Source: a virus (taxonomy: Duplodnaviria > Caudoviricetes). Taken from it: a stretch of DNA of 64,000 nucleotides. Numbering within the stretch: position 1 is the first letter of the stretch; every line of letters begins with the position of its first letter. Of this stretch, positions 29,965-40,887 are shown in pieces. The position numbers were made by a program, and so were the translations under genes. The notes under the pieces are model-generated. The model had not been told where the DNA came from, searched no databases, and saw only the letters and a program-made list of their open reading frames with translations. The DNA lies in IMG/VR virus record IMGVR_UViG_3300043077_000173, positions 46,259-110,258 of that record; one strand, 5' to 3'.

Positions 29965-32900
29965 TTAGTTAGAACTTGATAAGGATCCAGTTTTAACAAT
30001 GCGAATGGGCAGATAAATTTGTTCTATGGATTTTGTAGGTTCCAAAGCTATTTCTGCCCATAACTCTTTTCGCTCAATTCTCTCCGATGTATTAACCGTA
30101 GTATCGGTTACAAGAGTAAAGTCATAAATTTCTTCTCTTGACATATAATCGTTAAGAATAGAGCGTAAAGAAGCGTCAAAATCATTTCTTACAGATTGTG
30201 TATTCAACTGGAAGAAGAATGGTTGGCAAGCAGCTTCTAATTCACGTTTTAATCTTAATAGCATGATAATTGTATGCTCGTCTGATAACGCTGAAGTATA
30301 TGAATTTTCAGTAGCTTCACCCCAAATTAATAGACCAGCGTTTCTTCTAGGCATAATTGGGTTAATACTATTCGAAACTAATACTTCACCAAGGCTATCT
30401 TTTACTGAAACAGCAGTATATTCGTTTTCATCGTTAATATAACCAACAGAAGAAGCATTAGATACTTGACCATATTGTGTACCAGCAGCTATACGACCTC
30501 TTGGTAATGTTAGGAGGTTATACATTTTAACAACAGATGAAGGAACAGCAATTTCAGAACCATCTACGTTAGTTGTTAATGCCATAGATGGGTATTGACG
30601 TGTTTGGTAAGCACTGTAAATAATACGACCATCTTCACCATGTGAGTTAGCATTGTTCTTGTTTGTTGCCCAAGCTGTAACTTCTGATGCTTTAGGAGCC
30701 AATCTAGCTGGAGTATCTGAAACATTGTAGAACATCTCTTTCTTATCAACGTTGAGTTCTTTAATCTCATCATCTAGTTCAGGATAGCCTGCACAGTTAA
30801 TGAAATAGAAATCATAATCATCTGAACGAATATCTTCATTGCTATTAATTGCTTCAGCTAATGCTTTAACAACCATTTTACGCTGAGCTTTACGACCAAA
30901 TAATCCAGAACCATCTAAATCATTTCCAGAAGCAGTTGACCAACGGGTTGTCTTAACATTCTTCGTAGAACCTGGGGTAGCAAATTCACTTGATTTACCA
31001 ACTGTAAAGGTTTCACCATATGTTTTAACACCGTCTACATACTTGTCGTTATATGATTTAATGTTGTTTGTTGAATACATTGTGTTAAACAATAGAATAC
31101 CACCTGGATAAGATAATGGGTTTACACAATCTGGATCAACATAATTTGAAATCATCAAATCATCAGATTCTTCTGAGAATGCAACGTGTTTAGAACCTGT
31201 GTAAGCTGGACCTGCATTTTCACGAGCATCAGCATATACAACACCTAAACCAGTTGATTGATCTGTGTTATCAACAACTTCCCACTCACCATCAAAGTAA
31301 CGATAGATTGTTGGATATTCTGTATCATTAGTATCAATCCATAAATCATATTCCTGTAGATCAGAACCTTCTTCTTTTGTTTCTGGTTCTTCTGTATTGA
31401 CAATAATATCAGCACAAGGATACATATTCTTATAACCTAACCACTGTTGACCATCGTTAACCATGATATCAAACTTGTAGTCATCATTGAACCACAATGT
31501 GCCAATTTCAGGCTCTGTAGTTGGCTCTAGGTTAGAAGATTCATAAGAAACTTCAATCCAGTTACCGTTTGTATATTCGCCTTCAGCTAGACCACATTTT
31601 TCAAGAATATTACCTTTAACGTTTGCTAATTCAATGGTGTTACCACTTGAGGAAACGATTCGTAATGCTTTATTGTAAACATCTGCAGAAACGTTTTCAA
31701 TCTTAGCTTTGTTAATGTATGTTACCAAATCTTCTACTGTCTTTCCATAAACGGTAATTAGATATGTTTGAATTGCACCATCTACAATCGTTTTAATAGA
31801 AATTACATCACCATTTGTTAATTCTTCAGCAGCCGTTGCTTCAATAGCATTTACTCCACCAACGAATTTCATAATTTTTTCAGAAACAGTGTTTTCGTCA
31901 TATTTAACGATCATAGCTGAACCCTTTTCTTCAGCTTCAAGATATGTACCATACATTGGTAATACTGATGAAGTCCAAGATTTAGAAGTCTTGCTATATT
32001 TCTTCATTACATATGAAGCACCATAGTTTGGCTCGGTTGTTTTAACCCAGATTGATCCAGCATTCTCTCCGGAAGGAATCTTTGTATGGGAACCGAATAC
32101 AACGGAAACATTATCTCCAACAACAACCTGTTTAACATCATTTAGTTCAAAGCCTAAATCTTCTAAAGCTGTACCAGATTTTTCAATCATTAGAATAGCT
32201 TCGGCAGTGTTAGCAACGGATAAAACACCATCTTCATATGTAGCTAGAACATTAACAATACCGGCTTCGTTAATAAGTTCTTTAACAGCATTAGCATTTG
32301 AACCAGCTGGAACTGTCAATTCTTTACCCATAACACTGATAACCGATTCAGTCTTAACTGTTACACCAGATGCAACAGTCGCTTTAACGGTTGCAGGAAA
32401 CTGATCTTTCCAACCACGTGAACCAATCTCATACCAAGCTTGAGCAATATTCTCATAAAACTTGATTTCGTTATTTAAACAAACTACACAAACATCACCG
32501 TTTGAACCATATGTCATAGCTGGTTTACCTGTTTCGTCAATGTAGTCATCAGATGGAGTTAAAACACCATCGATTCTATCCCATGCAATAGCTGGACGTC
32601 TATTACCATTTGCTCTGAATAAGCCAAATGATGTCGAGGCTTTATCAAGCCATAACGTGTTGGCTTTTGGCTCGCTTGTTGGTTCTTCTTTTGTAGCAAC
32701 TAGCTGACCTAAGTCAATGTCTGCACGTAAACCATAAGCCAAGGCTGAGGCACCAAGACCACTATACAAAGCATACAAGCCAACTTCGTTTAGCTCATCA
32801 CCCTGTTGAACCGTTCCGTCAATAGTTGTAAATTGTGGAACACCATATGTTTCAACAACATCAGACTGTGATGTCAAAAGCATAACTTCATTAGCTGTAC

Positions 32901-33054
32901 TTTTTGTTGTACCTGGAGCAATTTCCCCTGTGTCTTCGTCAATTACCTTGTTTTCAGCAGTTGCGAACACATATAAAGGTATAACTGTAGAAGTGCCAGA
33001 ACCATATGTAGATTCGTCAATAATCTCAATATGGGTTTTTGCTAATTCTGCCAT
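29965..33054 (-). CDS. tail sheath protein (gp18-like) with insertion domains
   Basis: EIIDES.YG, ELNEVGLYALYS, GYPEL, INPI, IWGE, ELWAEIALEPTKSIEQIYLPIRI; TATAAATA at 33126-33133. Confidence 0.9.
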   Translation of the reverse strand: MAELAKTHIEIIDESTYGSGTSTVIPLYVFATAENKVIDEDTGEIAPGTTKSTANEVMLLTSQSDVVETYGVPQFTTIDGTVQQGDELNEVGLYALYSGLGASALAYGLRADIDLGQLVATKEEPTSEPKANTLWLDKASTSFGLFRANGNRRPAIAWDRIDGVLTPSDDYIDETGKPAMTYGSNGDVCVVCLNNEIKFYENIAQAWYEIGSRGWKDQFPATVKATVASGVTVKTESVISVMGKELTVPAGSNANAVKELINEAGIVNVLATYEDGVLSVANTAEAILMIEKSGTALEDLGFELNDVKQVVVGDNVSVVFGSHTKIPSGENAGSIWVKTTEPNYGASYVMKKYSKTSKSWTSSVLPMYGTYLEAEEKGSAMIVKYDENTVSEKIMKFVGGVNAIEATAAEELTNGDVISIKTIVDGAIQTYLITVYGKTVEDLVTYINKAKIENVSADVYNKALRIVSSSGNTIELANVKGNILEKCGLAEGEYTNGNWIEVSYESSNLEPTTEPEIGTLWFNDDYKFDIMVNDGQQWLGYKNMYPCADIIVNTEEPETKEEGSDLQEYDLWIDTNDTEYPTIYRYFDGEWEVVDNTDQSTGLGVVYADARENAGPAYTGSKHVAFSEESDDLMISNYVDPDCVNPLSYPGGILLFNTMYSTNNIKSYNDKYVDGVKTYGETFTVGKSSEFATPGSTKNVKTTRWSTASGNDLDGSGLFGRKAQRKMVVKALAEAINSNEDIRSDDYDFYFINCAGYPELDDEIKELNVDKKEMFYNVSDTPARLAPKASEVTAWATNKNNANSHGEDGRIIYSAYQTRQYPSMALTTNVDGSEIAVPSSVVKMYNLLTLPRGRIAAGTQYGQVSNASSVGYINDENEYTAVSVKDSLGEVLVSNSINPIMPRRNAGLLIWGEATENSYTSALSDEHTIIMLLRLKRELEAACQPFFFQLNTQSVRNDFDASLRSILNDYMSREEIYDFTLVTDTTVNTSERIERKELWAEIALEPTKSIEQIYLPIRIVKTGSLSSSN

Positions 33055-33158
33055 ATTTTTTCTCCTATTTTTAATCTATGTTCTTTTAAAGCTTTTAACA
33101 AAGTATCATCAAAAGCCTTTACTCATATTTATAAGGTCCTATCTTTTTAGGGGGTAAA

Positions 33159-35195
33159 TTACAGTTCGTTTTCAACGATAATTATCTCATTATCTAATGG
33201 TTTTTCGTTCAAAATGATATGTGTTTTATCCTCTGAAATTGTATAATCTTTCACGGATAATTTTTCTGGAGAAGCCGAATAAATGTACGAACTGTTTGCT
33301 GAATAATCTTTATCGGCAACATAGTTTGAAATAGTGTATGTATAAACACCTTTCTTACGATTTGTTGTAATAGTTTCAAACAATACTTTATCACCATTTA
33401 CATAAAGTATTCCTTTACGGTTTTTGGAAGAATTTGGTAAAATGATGTTATTAGAGTCTATGGTAAACGATTCACCATCTTTCTGAATATCTGTTAATAA
33501 TGATATATGAGATTTTTTCCAAACCGTTAACTTGCTTTCACTCTTATAACCATTTGGTATCTCATATTCTTGATTACCGTTTAAACATACTGCTGAAATG
33601 CTTGGCAAAGTATAGTCATAAACTTTTTTAGTTTGTTCGTTATAGGTATATACGGTTGATCCTTTTAAATGTTTTTCGGTAATATATGATCCACCACTAC
33701 CTCTCCTTATAGATTTTAAAAGATTCTCAGAGGCATCATAATCATAAAACTCAATGATTTCAGAGCCTATCAAAATCTTTCCTGGAATCTTTACGTCAGA
33801 ATCATCTACATATGGTAATTTAAGCTTTTTAATATTCTTTACTCTAATGGTTTTATCACCAATGTTTAATTCTCTAGCTAATTCGGTAATCATTGATTTT
33901 GAAATAACAATATCACTATTTTCACCTTTATGATCTACGTTAAATAATGATGATATCGTTCCGTTAGACTCTGTACAAATCTTTAAATCTTCGTTAGGAT
34001 ATACCGCAATAAGTTCAGATGGTCTATTCTGTTCATAAAATGGTCTTAAAAACTCGTTTCCATCAAGAGTTATGAGGTTATTACTTTGTCCGTAACAATC
34101 TTCATAAGTATAGATCTTGTCATATAGTTGTCCATAGTCTATAACCGTTATGATAACATGATAACCTTCTTTTAGTTCATCCTTTAATAATAATCCTTCA
34201 GAAGTCCTTTCGTAGTTGTATGTCGGTATTCTTGTACCATTTGGATACTCAATATGAACAATAGTTTTTCGAGTACCATATTTGCTATCCGGAATCGTAA
34301 AGACTGTGTTATTAACATCTACAAATTGTCTGATATCGCTTTCATCAGTCGATTCTTTAAATGATGTAACCGCATAAACAAGACCACTCCGAACACCATC
34401 ATATTCGTTAATGATGTAGATCTTATCATCTTTTTTAACCTTTGTAAATACTGATAAAATTTTTGTGTTATCATTATACGAAAATTCTTCTTCTACACCG
34501 TTTCTGTAAACCGTTAAATTACCAATTTTATCAAATTTCTTTAATGAAAATGTTGATACACCAGCAATTATGTAACTCTTTTCATAAGGGAATGTTAATA
34601 AAGATGATTTTTCCGTAGAATCTGTTATGTAGTAATCAGCCGAAACTGTTGGAGCATCATATAGTTGGTTATCATATAAAAATGTATCATACCCAAAATT
34701 GTCTATATCAAATTCTCCACCTTCAACGGTAATCCCTTTAAAATGACAGTTTAAAACGTCTTCAAGGTATGCTTTCATTTCATCATCTGTCAAAACGTTA
34801 TGCTTTATGTACCACAAACGATTTGCTGCAGTTGTATCCATATATTCAATGTCCGACATCGAACCTTGCTCATCAACCTCTTTACAAACGGAGTCAAATC
34901 GCATACCAACTTCAATATTGCATTCATCTTGTGCTTCAATGTTACAAACATCTGTTTTATTGGAGTATTTTTCAATAAACTGTTCAAATTGTACATGATA
35001 TGGCTTAACACTATTAATGTAATCAATAATGTCATCTGATAAAGACTCTTTTTCATACTTTTGATCCGTTACAGTCGAGTTAATACCTGTAAAGTTTACA
35101 AGACTTGTTTTTAAAGCCCAATCTACATTCTTTTGCTCAGAAAATATGTAATGTAAAAGACCAAAAAATATTTTATTTCTATCAAGTGCGGACAT
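33159..35195 (-). CDS. virion structural (baseplate) protein
   Basis: NKIFF..L.YIFSEQ..VDWALKTS, YINSVKPYH, RPSEL, IRRG..G; late motif 35221-35228. Confidence 0.6.
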   Translation of the reverse strand: MSALDRNKIFFGLLHYIFSEQKNVDWALKTSLVNFTGINSTVTDQKYEKESLSDDIIDYINSVKPYHVQFEQFIEKYSNKTDVCNIEAQDECNIEVGMRFDSVCKEVDEQGSMSDIEYMDTTAANRLWYIKHNVLTDDEMKAYLEDVLNCHFKGITVEGGEFDIDNFGYDTFLYDNQLYDAPTVSADYYITDSTEKSSLLTFPYEKSYIIAGVSTFSLKKFDKIGNLTVYRNGVEEEFSYNDNTKILSVFTKVKKDDKIYIINEYDGVRSGLVYAVTSFKESTDESDIRQFVDVNNTVFTIPDSKYGTRKTIVHIEYPNGTRIPTYNYERTSEGLLLKDELKEGYHVIITVIDYGQLYDKIYTYEDCYGQSNNLITLDGNEFLRPFYEQNRPSELIAVYPNEDLKICTESNGTISSLFNVDHKGENSDIVISKSMITELARELNIGDKTIRVKNIKKLKLPYVDDSDVKIPGKILIGSEIIEFYDYDASENLLKSIRRGSGGSYITEKHLKGSTVYTYNEQTKKVYDYTLPSISAVCLNGNQEYEIPNGYKSESKLTVWKKSHISLLTDIQKDGESFTIDSNNIILPNSSKNRKGILYVNGDKVLFETITTNRKKGVYTYTISNYVADKDYSANSSYIYSASPEKLSVKDYTISEDKTHIILNEKPLDNEIIIVENEL

Positions 35196-35347
35196 TATTT
35201 TTCCTTAACCATTCAATCAGTATTTATTACTTTTCAAACCGTTTGTTTATGAGCAAAAATTCGAATTTTAGATAATACGAATAAATAAAAGTACAAACAA
35301 GAAAAATAATGTTTATTTAATACAATATGTTATAATAAGGGGTTTCT

Positions 35348-35875
35348 ATGTCCTACACAGGATTCTTAACATCACCAGATTACACAAGACGTTCACAGAA
35401 CGAAACTATTGACGGTGAGTGGGTTTTTTCAAATGTTACTACTTTTGAAAAGGTCGTTAGGGGAACTGCTTTAGCTACATATTATGGCGACATTGCTGAA
35501 TATTACGAACATGATAATGAAGAAATGCTACCAGTTGGCACTTTAGTCAAATTCGGTGGCAAATATGAAATAACAAAAACACAAAAAGATGATAAAAGCT
35601 TCTTCGGAATCATATCGTCTAATCCAGGTGTTGTTCTCAATGAGCAAGAATCAGATAGATTTTCACCCATTGCTCTTTGTGGCCGAGTTCCTTGTCGTGT
35701 TAATGGGTTTGTCAAAAAATTTGATAAACTTACAATCTCTAAAGTTCCAGGAGTCGCTAGAAAGAAAACATTTTTAGACACTCTTTTAAGAAGACCAACT
35801 ATAGGTATTGCTTTAGAAGATAAGTTTAACAAGTTTGAAAGACTTATCCCAATTTTTGTTAGAGCGAATATCTAG
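35348..35875 (+). CDS. stand-alone tail-fibre C-terminal/intramolecular-chaperone-like (peptidase G2-like) domain protein
   Basis: YGDIAEYY, GIISSNPG, PIALCGRVPCRV, S..PGVA, IGIALED. Confidence 0.6.
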   Translation: MSYTGFLTSPDYTRRSQNETIDGEWVFSNVTTFEKVVRGTALATYYGDIAEYYEHDNEEMLPVGTLVKFGGKYEITKTQKDDKSFFGIISSNPGVVLNEQESDRFSPIALCGRVPCRVNGFVKKFDKLTISKVPGVARKKTFLDTLLRRPTIGIALEDKFNKFERLIPIFVRANI

Positions 35876-35920
35876 TCATTTGGCTTCATAAATATTCCTC
35901 GATAATGGTAGGAGTATTGT

Positions 35921-36736
35921 ATGCGTCAATTAACTATTTTTCCAAGCTTATACTGTCCCTTTAATTGTGCTTATTGCATCTTTAAAGATAAACTCTATAG
36001 TAAAGAATTACTTTCTTTAGATTCTTTGAAAGAGTTCCTTGTAAAAGATCATGAAAAATTTGACAAATTTGTTATTGATGGTGGTGATCCATTATCATTG
36101 AATGAATCGTATTTCAAATCTTTAGTAAGTATCTTGAAAGAGTTTAATAAAACGATTACTCTTAGATCGTATCCATATACTCTATTAAATACTCAAGAAG
36201 ATATCCATTACGATTTCTCATATGATTTTCTCGCAAAAGCTATGCCAAATGATGCTTGGGGAAACCTTTACAGCTTCAAGAAACCATTTGACCTTACAAT
36301 CACTTTATCACCAGCTTTATTCTCATATCATCCAAACGGAATTTTAAGAAAATTATCTATGTTGGAAAACCTTAAAAGAGTAGAGTTTGTCCCATACTTT
36401 AAAAACAAAAATTCTCAATACGATATCAATAGAAACGATTCACTTAAAGAATTTTCAAAACTTTTATTAGGCTCTCAATTAAACGTTCCATTCACAATCG
36501 TTAACAAAGAAATTATGAACAAAAAGATTTTAAAATCCTTTGCAGATCCTATCGATATATGCTTATTTCCAGATGGAAAGCTTTACAAAAAGGATTTTGT
36601 AGAGGATTTTCTAACTTTTAAAATGATTGATAACATAGACGATGTACAGCCAAACGTTTTACCTGAATCATGTGATATGTATGATAGAAACATTCAGGTA
36701 TGGTATAGCCAAAACATTTTAACTAAAGATTTTTAG
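35921..36736 (+). CDS. radical SAM protein without a SPASM domain
   Basis: CPFNCAYC (CxxxCxxC) and GGDP; CATAAATA at 35887-35894. Confidence 0.8.
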   Translation: MRQLTIFPSLYCPFNCAYCIFKDKLYSKELLSLDSLKEFLVKDHEKFDKFVIDGGDPLSLNESYFKSLVSILKEFNKTITLRSYPYTLLNTQEDIHYDFSYDFLAKAMPNDAWGNLYSFKKPFDLTITLSPALFSYHPNGILRKLSMLENLKRVEFVPYFKNKNSQYDINRNDSLKEFSKLLLGSQLNVPFTIVNKEIMNKKILKSFADPIDICLFPDGKLYKKDFVEDFLTFKMIDNIDDVQPNVLPESCDMYDRNIQVWYSQNILTKDF

Positions 36737-38119
36737 TAAACCAGAAGCACTGGACGTACTCCCACCAGTGGTTATCTGACCAACAATTGATGAAGGATCA
36801 TCCGTCAGCTTTAACAAATATTGCCCTTTATTATCTGATTTCTTATAGTTTGAAACAGCAGATGTAGCAGACTGAACCAATGAAATCTCTTGTGAAAACC
36901 CTAACTTTCTCAATGTATCCAATGACTGTGATTTTAATACGCTCCACCTTTCATTTGAAGGAGCATCTAGAATACCTTTGATAAATGATACCGCCGTATC
37001 AATCCCCATCGCTGCACCAGATTTATACCGAACGTTTAAGAAATTAGCCATTTCTTCTGTAATATTAGCATTTATCATTGACTTGAGATATGCTTTATCG
37101 CCAGTCCACGTAACATTGTATGGATTAACGTCTAATAAATCATTTGTTATACCTTCGTATTGAAAGGTTACCATTATTTCATTCGGGTTAAATGATCCAA
37201 CTCTGTTTGTTCCAAATTTTATATCCTGAATTACTGGATTTTCAATGGTATAAACCATCATTTTATCCATATAGTATTCACAAATCGATATCTTATCAAT
37301 CATTCTGAAGTTTGAATCAGTATCAAAACCCCAATCACTCTTATCATAATCAAAATCATCCGTAACTATTTGTTTACGATAGTTTCGATAATCTTTGCAT
37401 AAAAAGTTGTTACTAATAAGCTTCAAATATGTGAAAAAGAATTGCTCTACAGGGTTGTCTTTAACATCATAAAACGTTACGGTTATAGGATTATATGTTA
37501 TTTTATCATATACCAAACGTTTTCTATTGTATTCATTATATTCACTAATTTTAAACGAAACACCTGGCTTATCAATCGATTTAACAAACTTTGATAACTC
37601 GAACGATAACTGGTTTAGCAAATACTTTTCTGGCAAATAATCACCATACGATTTACTATCCTCCGTCGTTTTTATGCCAGAACTTGAACTACTAGAAGAT
37701 GATGATGAGGAAAACAAATCTGACACACTCGATAGTCCAACACTACTTATTAATGATTTAGCCGCTGATTTAATAGAGCTACTAAGTGTTGATAAAATGT
37801 TGTTCGTTGATGTTTCTGATGAACTAGAACTCTCGCTCGATGTACCATTTACCAAATATTGTACTAATGCTTTCTTTTTTGCAAGCATATTATGCGTTCC
37901 GGGATTTAACGAAAAGTAAACAAAGAACATTGTCTCTGTTTTTGGTAAATTCATTATGGTAGATTGTGTCTGAAAACGCTTTTGACCAGTTGTTGTTATA
38001 TACTCTGGAATAAAATCAGTACCATAAGTTGTTGCAGCATAATTTGAGCCTTCCCCACTTAACAATTTACCAAGAGAAGAATTTTGTAATGATGATGTAA
38101 AAGAACTAAATATGCTCAT
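36719..38119 (-). CDS. tail-tube-like baseplate protein (gp48/gp54-like) with Ser-rich linkers
   Basis: VKSIDKPGVSF...NEYNRKRLVYDKITYNPITVTFYD...VTFQYE. Confidence 0.55.
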   Translation of the reverse strand: MSIFSSFTSSLQNSSLGKLLSGEGSNYAATTYGTDFIPEYITTTGQKRFQTQSTIMNLPKTETMFFVYFSLNPGTHNMLAKKKALVQYLVNGTSSESSSSSETSTNNILSTLSSSIKSAAKSLISSVGLSSVSDLFSSSSSSSSSSSGIKTTEDSKSYGDYLPEKYLLNQLSFELSKFVKSIDKPGVSFKISEYNEYNRKRLVYDKITYNPITVTFYDVKDNPVEQFFFTYLKLISNNFLCKDYRNYRKQIVTDDFDYDKSDWGFDTDSNFRMIDKISICEYYMDKMMVYTIENPVIQDIKFGTNRVGSFNPNEIMVTFQYEGITNDLLDVNPYNVTWTGDKAYLKSMINANITEEMANFLNVRYKSGAAMGIDTAVSFIKGILDAPSNERWSVLKSQSLDTLRKLGFSQEISLVQSATSAVSNYKKSDNKGQYLLKLTDDPSSIVGQITTGGSTSSASGLLKIFS

Positions 38120-38190
38120 TCGTTAAAACCTTGATTTCCATCGCTAAATATATTTACTAGAATATAAGCGTATATTTTTTAAGGCATACA

Positions 38191-38670
38191 ATGAACAAAA
38201 AATTAAATGAAGAATTTAATGTGTTAAGTAATGAGGAAATTTCTCAATGTACCGATTTACAAAATGCTCTTGAGTTAATCAATAAGGAGAATATTATCAC
38301 CGAAATTGAACCAATAGAACTCAAGAAATTCTCTGTTGCCAAAAAAGAAGAAGCAAAAGAGTTAGCAAGTCTTCCTTTTGAAGAACGTTCTGAAAAAGAA
38401 CTCGATGAAATCTCCGATCAGGCTAATTCCGCTTTTTTAGATCTTATGGATATTGCTGTTAACTCAACTGGTAAAGGATGTGCCGATATTGCTTCTGCCG
38501 CAAACAGCTTCCTCAACATTAAGCTAAGCACAAAGGTTGCAAAAATTGACGCAAAAATGAAAAGACTCAATTATGAGCTTGCAAAGCAGAAATTTGAGTC
38601 TCTTAATAAGCCAACGTCATCAGACGATGAAGATGATGATGACGGTATTGTCATCATCGATGAGCATTAA
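38191..38670 (+). CDS. possible terminase small subunit
   Basis: Helical 159 aa; ELDEI...A..AF.DLMD pattern recalled from jumbo-phage proteins so annotated. Confidence 0.4.
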   Translation: MNKKLNEEFNVLSNEEISQCTDLQNALELINKENIITEIEPIELKKFSVAKKEEAKELASLPFEERSEKELDEISDQANSAFLDLMDIAVNSTGKGCADIASAANSFLNIKLSTKVAKIDAKMKRLNYELAKQKFESLNKPTSSDDEDDDDGIVIIDEH

Positions 38671-39704
38671 TCTTCCGTTTCTTCATTATCCGAATCATTC
38701 ATATCTTCTGGTTCGTCAATATCTTCCATTTCCATCTCGTTACCGTCTTCATCGTAGAAAACGTTCTTAAATGTTGCATTCGTCTGCTCACCAAACGTCG
38801 GATTATAACCAATTGACTGCATAATTACTGATTTGATACGGCTTAAATTCTTTTCTCCATTAAGAATAGCAGTAAATTTGTTTGAAACACACTGTGTCAT
38901 ATACGCAAATGCATTTAATCCTTCTGATTCTTCGAATTTTAAAGCAACGTCGTATAATTGAACCAACGCAGAACCCTTCATATCATCAATATATGTGTAG
39001 CCAGACCAGTTTCCAGACTTTGCATACTGCTCAACAAGCATCATGATCATATAAACCAAACCATCTGTTAACCGTCCTTGTGAAACATCATAATGTCCAG
39101 ACTCAATAGTTTCTCCAGACCAATGACTTCTCAATACTTCTGTTAAGTATTTCTTAATATTTTCATAAAAGTCTGACGTCAAAGACTTAATTTTTTCAAA
39201 GTTTTCTTTAATCTCTTTATCAATCTCATCTTTACGGAGTTTAAATGGTTCTTGCTTCTTTTTATTAAGCTTATTTAACCGAATATTACGATTAACATCT
39301 TTCTTTTCTTCTTTAAGATCAAAAATGTGATTATTCAAGACTTCAATCTCATCCATATTATGGCCAGATTCTGTGCAAACCTTTTCAAAATCTTCTTTTT
39401 TCAAAAGATAATGCTTAAAAGGTTTCATTTTCAAATCTTGAAGGTTTAATTTCCCATTCTTAAAGGTACAATAATCTAAAACGTGTTCATCAGTCATTAC
39501 TCGAATAATGATATAATCACGATCAGGTTGTTTTTCAAAAAAGGTTTTTAAAACATTTGGGGTAATTAACTTATAATCTTTACAAATAATATCGTAATTA
39601 CCATATTCTGGAGTTTGATAGCAACAATACGTCAACTTTGATGCATGTATTTCCGCTAGCAGATTGGAATTTTTTAAAAAATAGCGTTTTTCATTATTTT
39701 TCAT
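38667..39704 (-). CDS. late-transcription sigma factor (gp55-like)
   Basis: YFLKNSNLLAEIHASK; NWSGYTYIDDM; LKF...NAFAYMTQ; start chosen at MKNNEK after AAGGA. Confidence 0.8.
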   Translation of the reverse strand: MKNNEKRYFLKNSNLLAEIHASKLTYCCYQTPEYGNYDIICKDYKLITPNVLKTFFEKQPDRDYIIIRVMTDEHVLDYCTFKNGKLNLQDLKMKPFKHYLLKKEDFEKVCTESGHNMDEIEVLNNHIFDLKEEKKDVNRNIRLNKLNKKKQEPFKLRKDEIDKEIKENFEKIKSLTSDFYENIKKYLTEVLRSHWSGETIESGHYDVSQGRLTDGLVYMIMMLVEQYAKSGNWSGYTYIDDMKGSALVQLYDVALKFEESEGLNAFAYMTQCVSNKFTAILNGEKNLSRIKSVIMQSIGYNPTFGEQTNATFKNVFYDEDGNEMEMEDIDEPEDMNDSDNEETED

Positions 39705-39769
39705 GAATAAATCCTTAACAATTTTCATTATTGTTAATGACTGTATCACAATTTTTTAGAAAAAACAAA

Positions 39770-40036
39770 TTAAAATAGCATTGACCAAACAATATTAGAT
39801 GTTTGCTTATATGGACCTTTAATATCTTTCCATACAGTTCCATCACAAACTTGTAAGCACTTTCTTTCTTTATTGAAACGCATTGCACCAGCATATTTAG
39901 AAAGATCTACACCGTTTTCTTCTTCCAAATATTCACCGTTTCCTAATAAAATGGCACCTTTATTGCCGATTTTAACAATCGCATCATCTGATGTTATAAT
40001 TTGTCCGTTTTTGTTATCGATATTAATTGAAGCCAT
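39770..40036 (-). CDS. small tail/baseplate-associated protein
   Basis: GAMRFN....LQVCDGTVW fibre-type motif. Confidence 0.55.
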   Translation of the reverse strand: MASINIDNKNGQIITSDDAIVKIGNKGAILLGNGEYLEEENGVDLSKYAGAMRFNKERKCLQVCDGTVWKDIKGPYKQTSNIVWSMLF

Positions 40037-40039
40037 AGT

Positions 40040-40852
40040 CTACACCTTTAATATCTCACCATCAACTTCCCACTGAATCGATGTATTCTTATCGGAAATA
40101 GTTGCGTTTACCGTTATAACAAGTTGGTTATCCTTTACTTCAACATTGACCGTCCAATCTTTTGCATCATCTGTTTGCCCAATTAGTTCATAAGTTGGTG
40201 AGCCAACCATTATTGCATAATCACCGGTTGCTGATACATAGTTATTGACAAGCAATTTGTAAATCCACGCCGAGCAAGCTGGAACTTTTTTTGTATAATA
40301 TACCGATTTTGTCGATATTTTTTCAGAAGCCACAATTTTCAGCGTGATTAAGCCAACTTTTTCACTATCTAAGTCAATCGTATAGCTTCCTTCACCCATA
40401 CTTTTTGACGTTTCAATAACGCTTGAAACTTTTTGTTTGTGCATATAGTTATCAGGACCAATTAAGACCCAATCCCCAAAAGGATCAATAGAATCATCAA
40501 AAATGAATAGTTGTTTATCGTCCTGATCATAGAACATGTCACCTCTTTGAGGAGATTTTGGCTTCTCAAAATTCAATGAAGCCATTTTTGTCCAAGTTTT
40601 TTGGGTAGCATCTGTACAAACGTATAACGAATTATCCGTTTTGTTAAAGAATATCATACCACTTAATGGATTTTCTGGAGTTGTTGTTCCAGCAAAGTTT
40701 TCAACAAGATGAACAAAGTTGTTTGATTGTGTTTCACCATAGTTTGGAGAAAGTTTACCAATCAAACCAATATTTGATATTGTGTCAAAATCAATGATAT
40801 TCTCACCAATTTCCTTGATAATTGTTCCGTCTGTCTTTGTAATATTGTACAT
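40040..40852 (-). CDS. tail-fibre-like structural protein
   Basis: LIGK..PNYGE....NFVHLVENFA..P.NP..G.IFF, GDMFYD; late motif 40879-40886. Confidence 0.65.
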   Translation of the reverse strand: MYNITKTDGTIIKEIGENIIDFDTISNIGLIGKLSPNYGETQSNNFVHLVENFAGTTTPENPLSGMIFFNKTDNSLYVCTDATQKTWTKMASLNFEKPKSPQRGDMFYDQDDKQLFIFDDSIDPFGDWVLIGPDNYMHKQKVSSVIETSKSMGEGSYTIDLDSEKVGLITLKIVASEKISTKSVYYTKKVPACSAWIYKLLVNNYVSATGDYAIMVGSPTYELIGQTDDAKDWTVNVEVKDNQLVITVNATISDKNTSIQWEVDGEILKV

Positions 40853-40887
40853 TCTTTAACGCCTTATTCTTTCACAATTATTTATGA

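Noticed and set aside
37680-37840. Poly-Ser coding stretches as a repeat element
   Set aside because: Mixed codons; simple low-complexity protein linkers.
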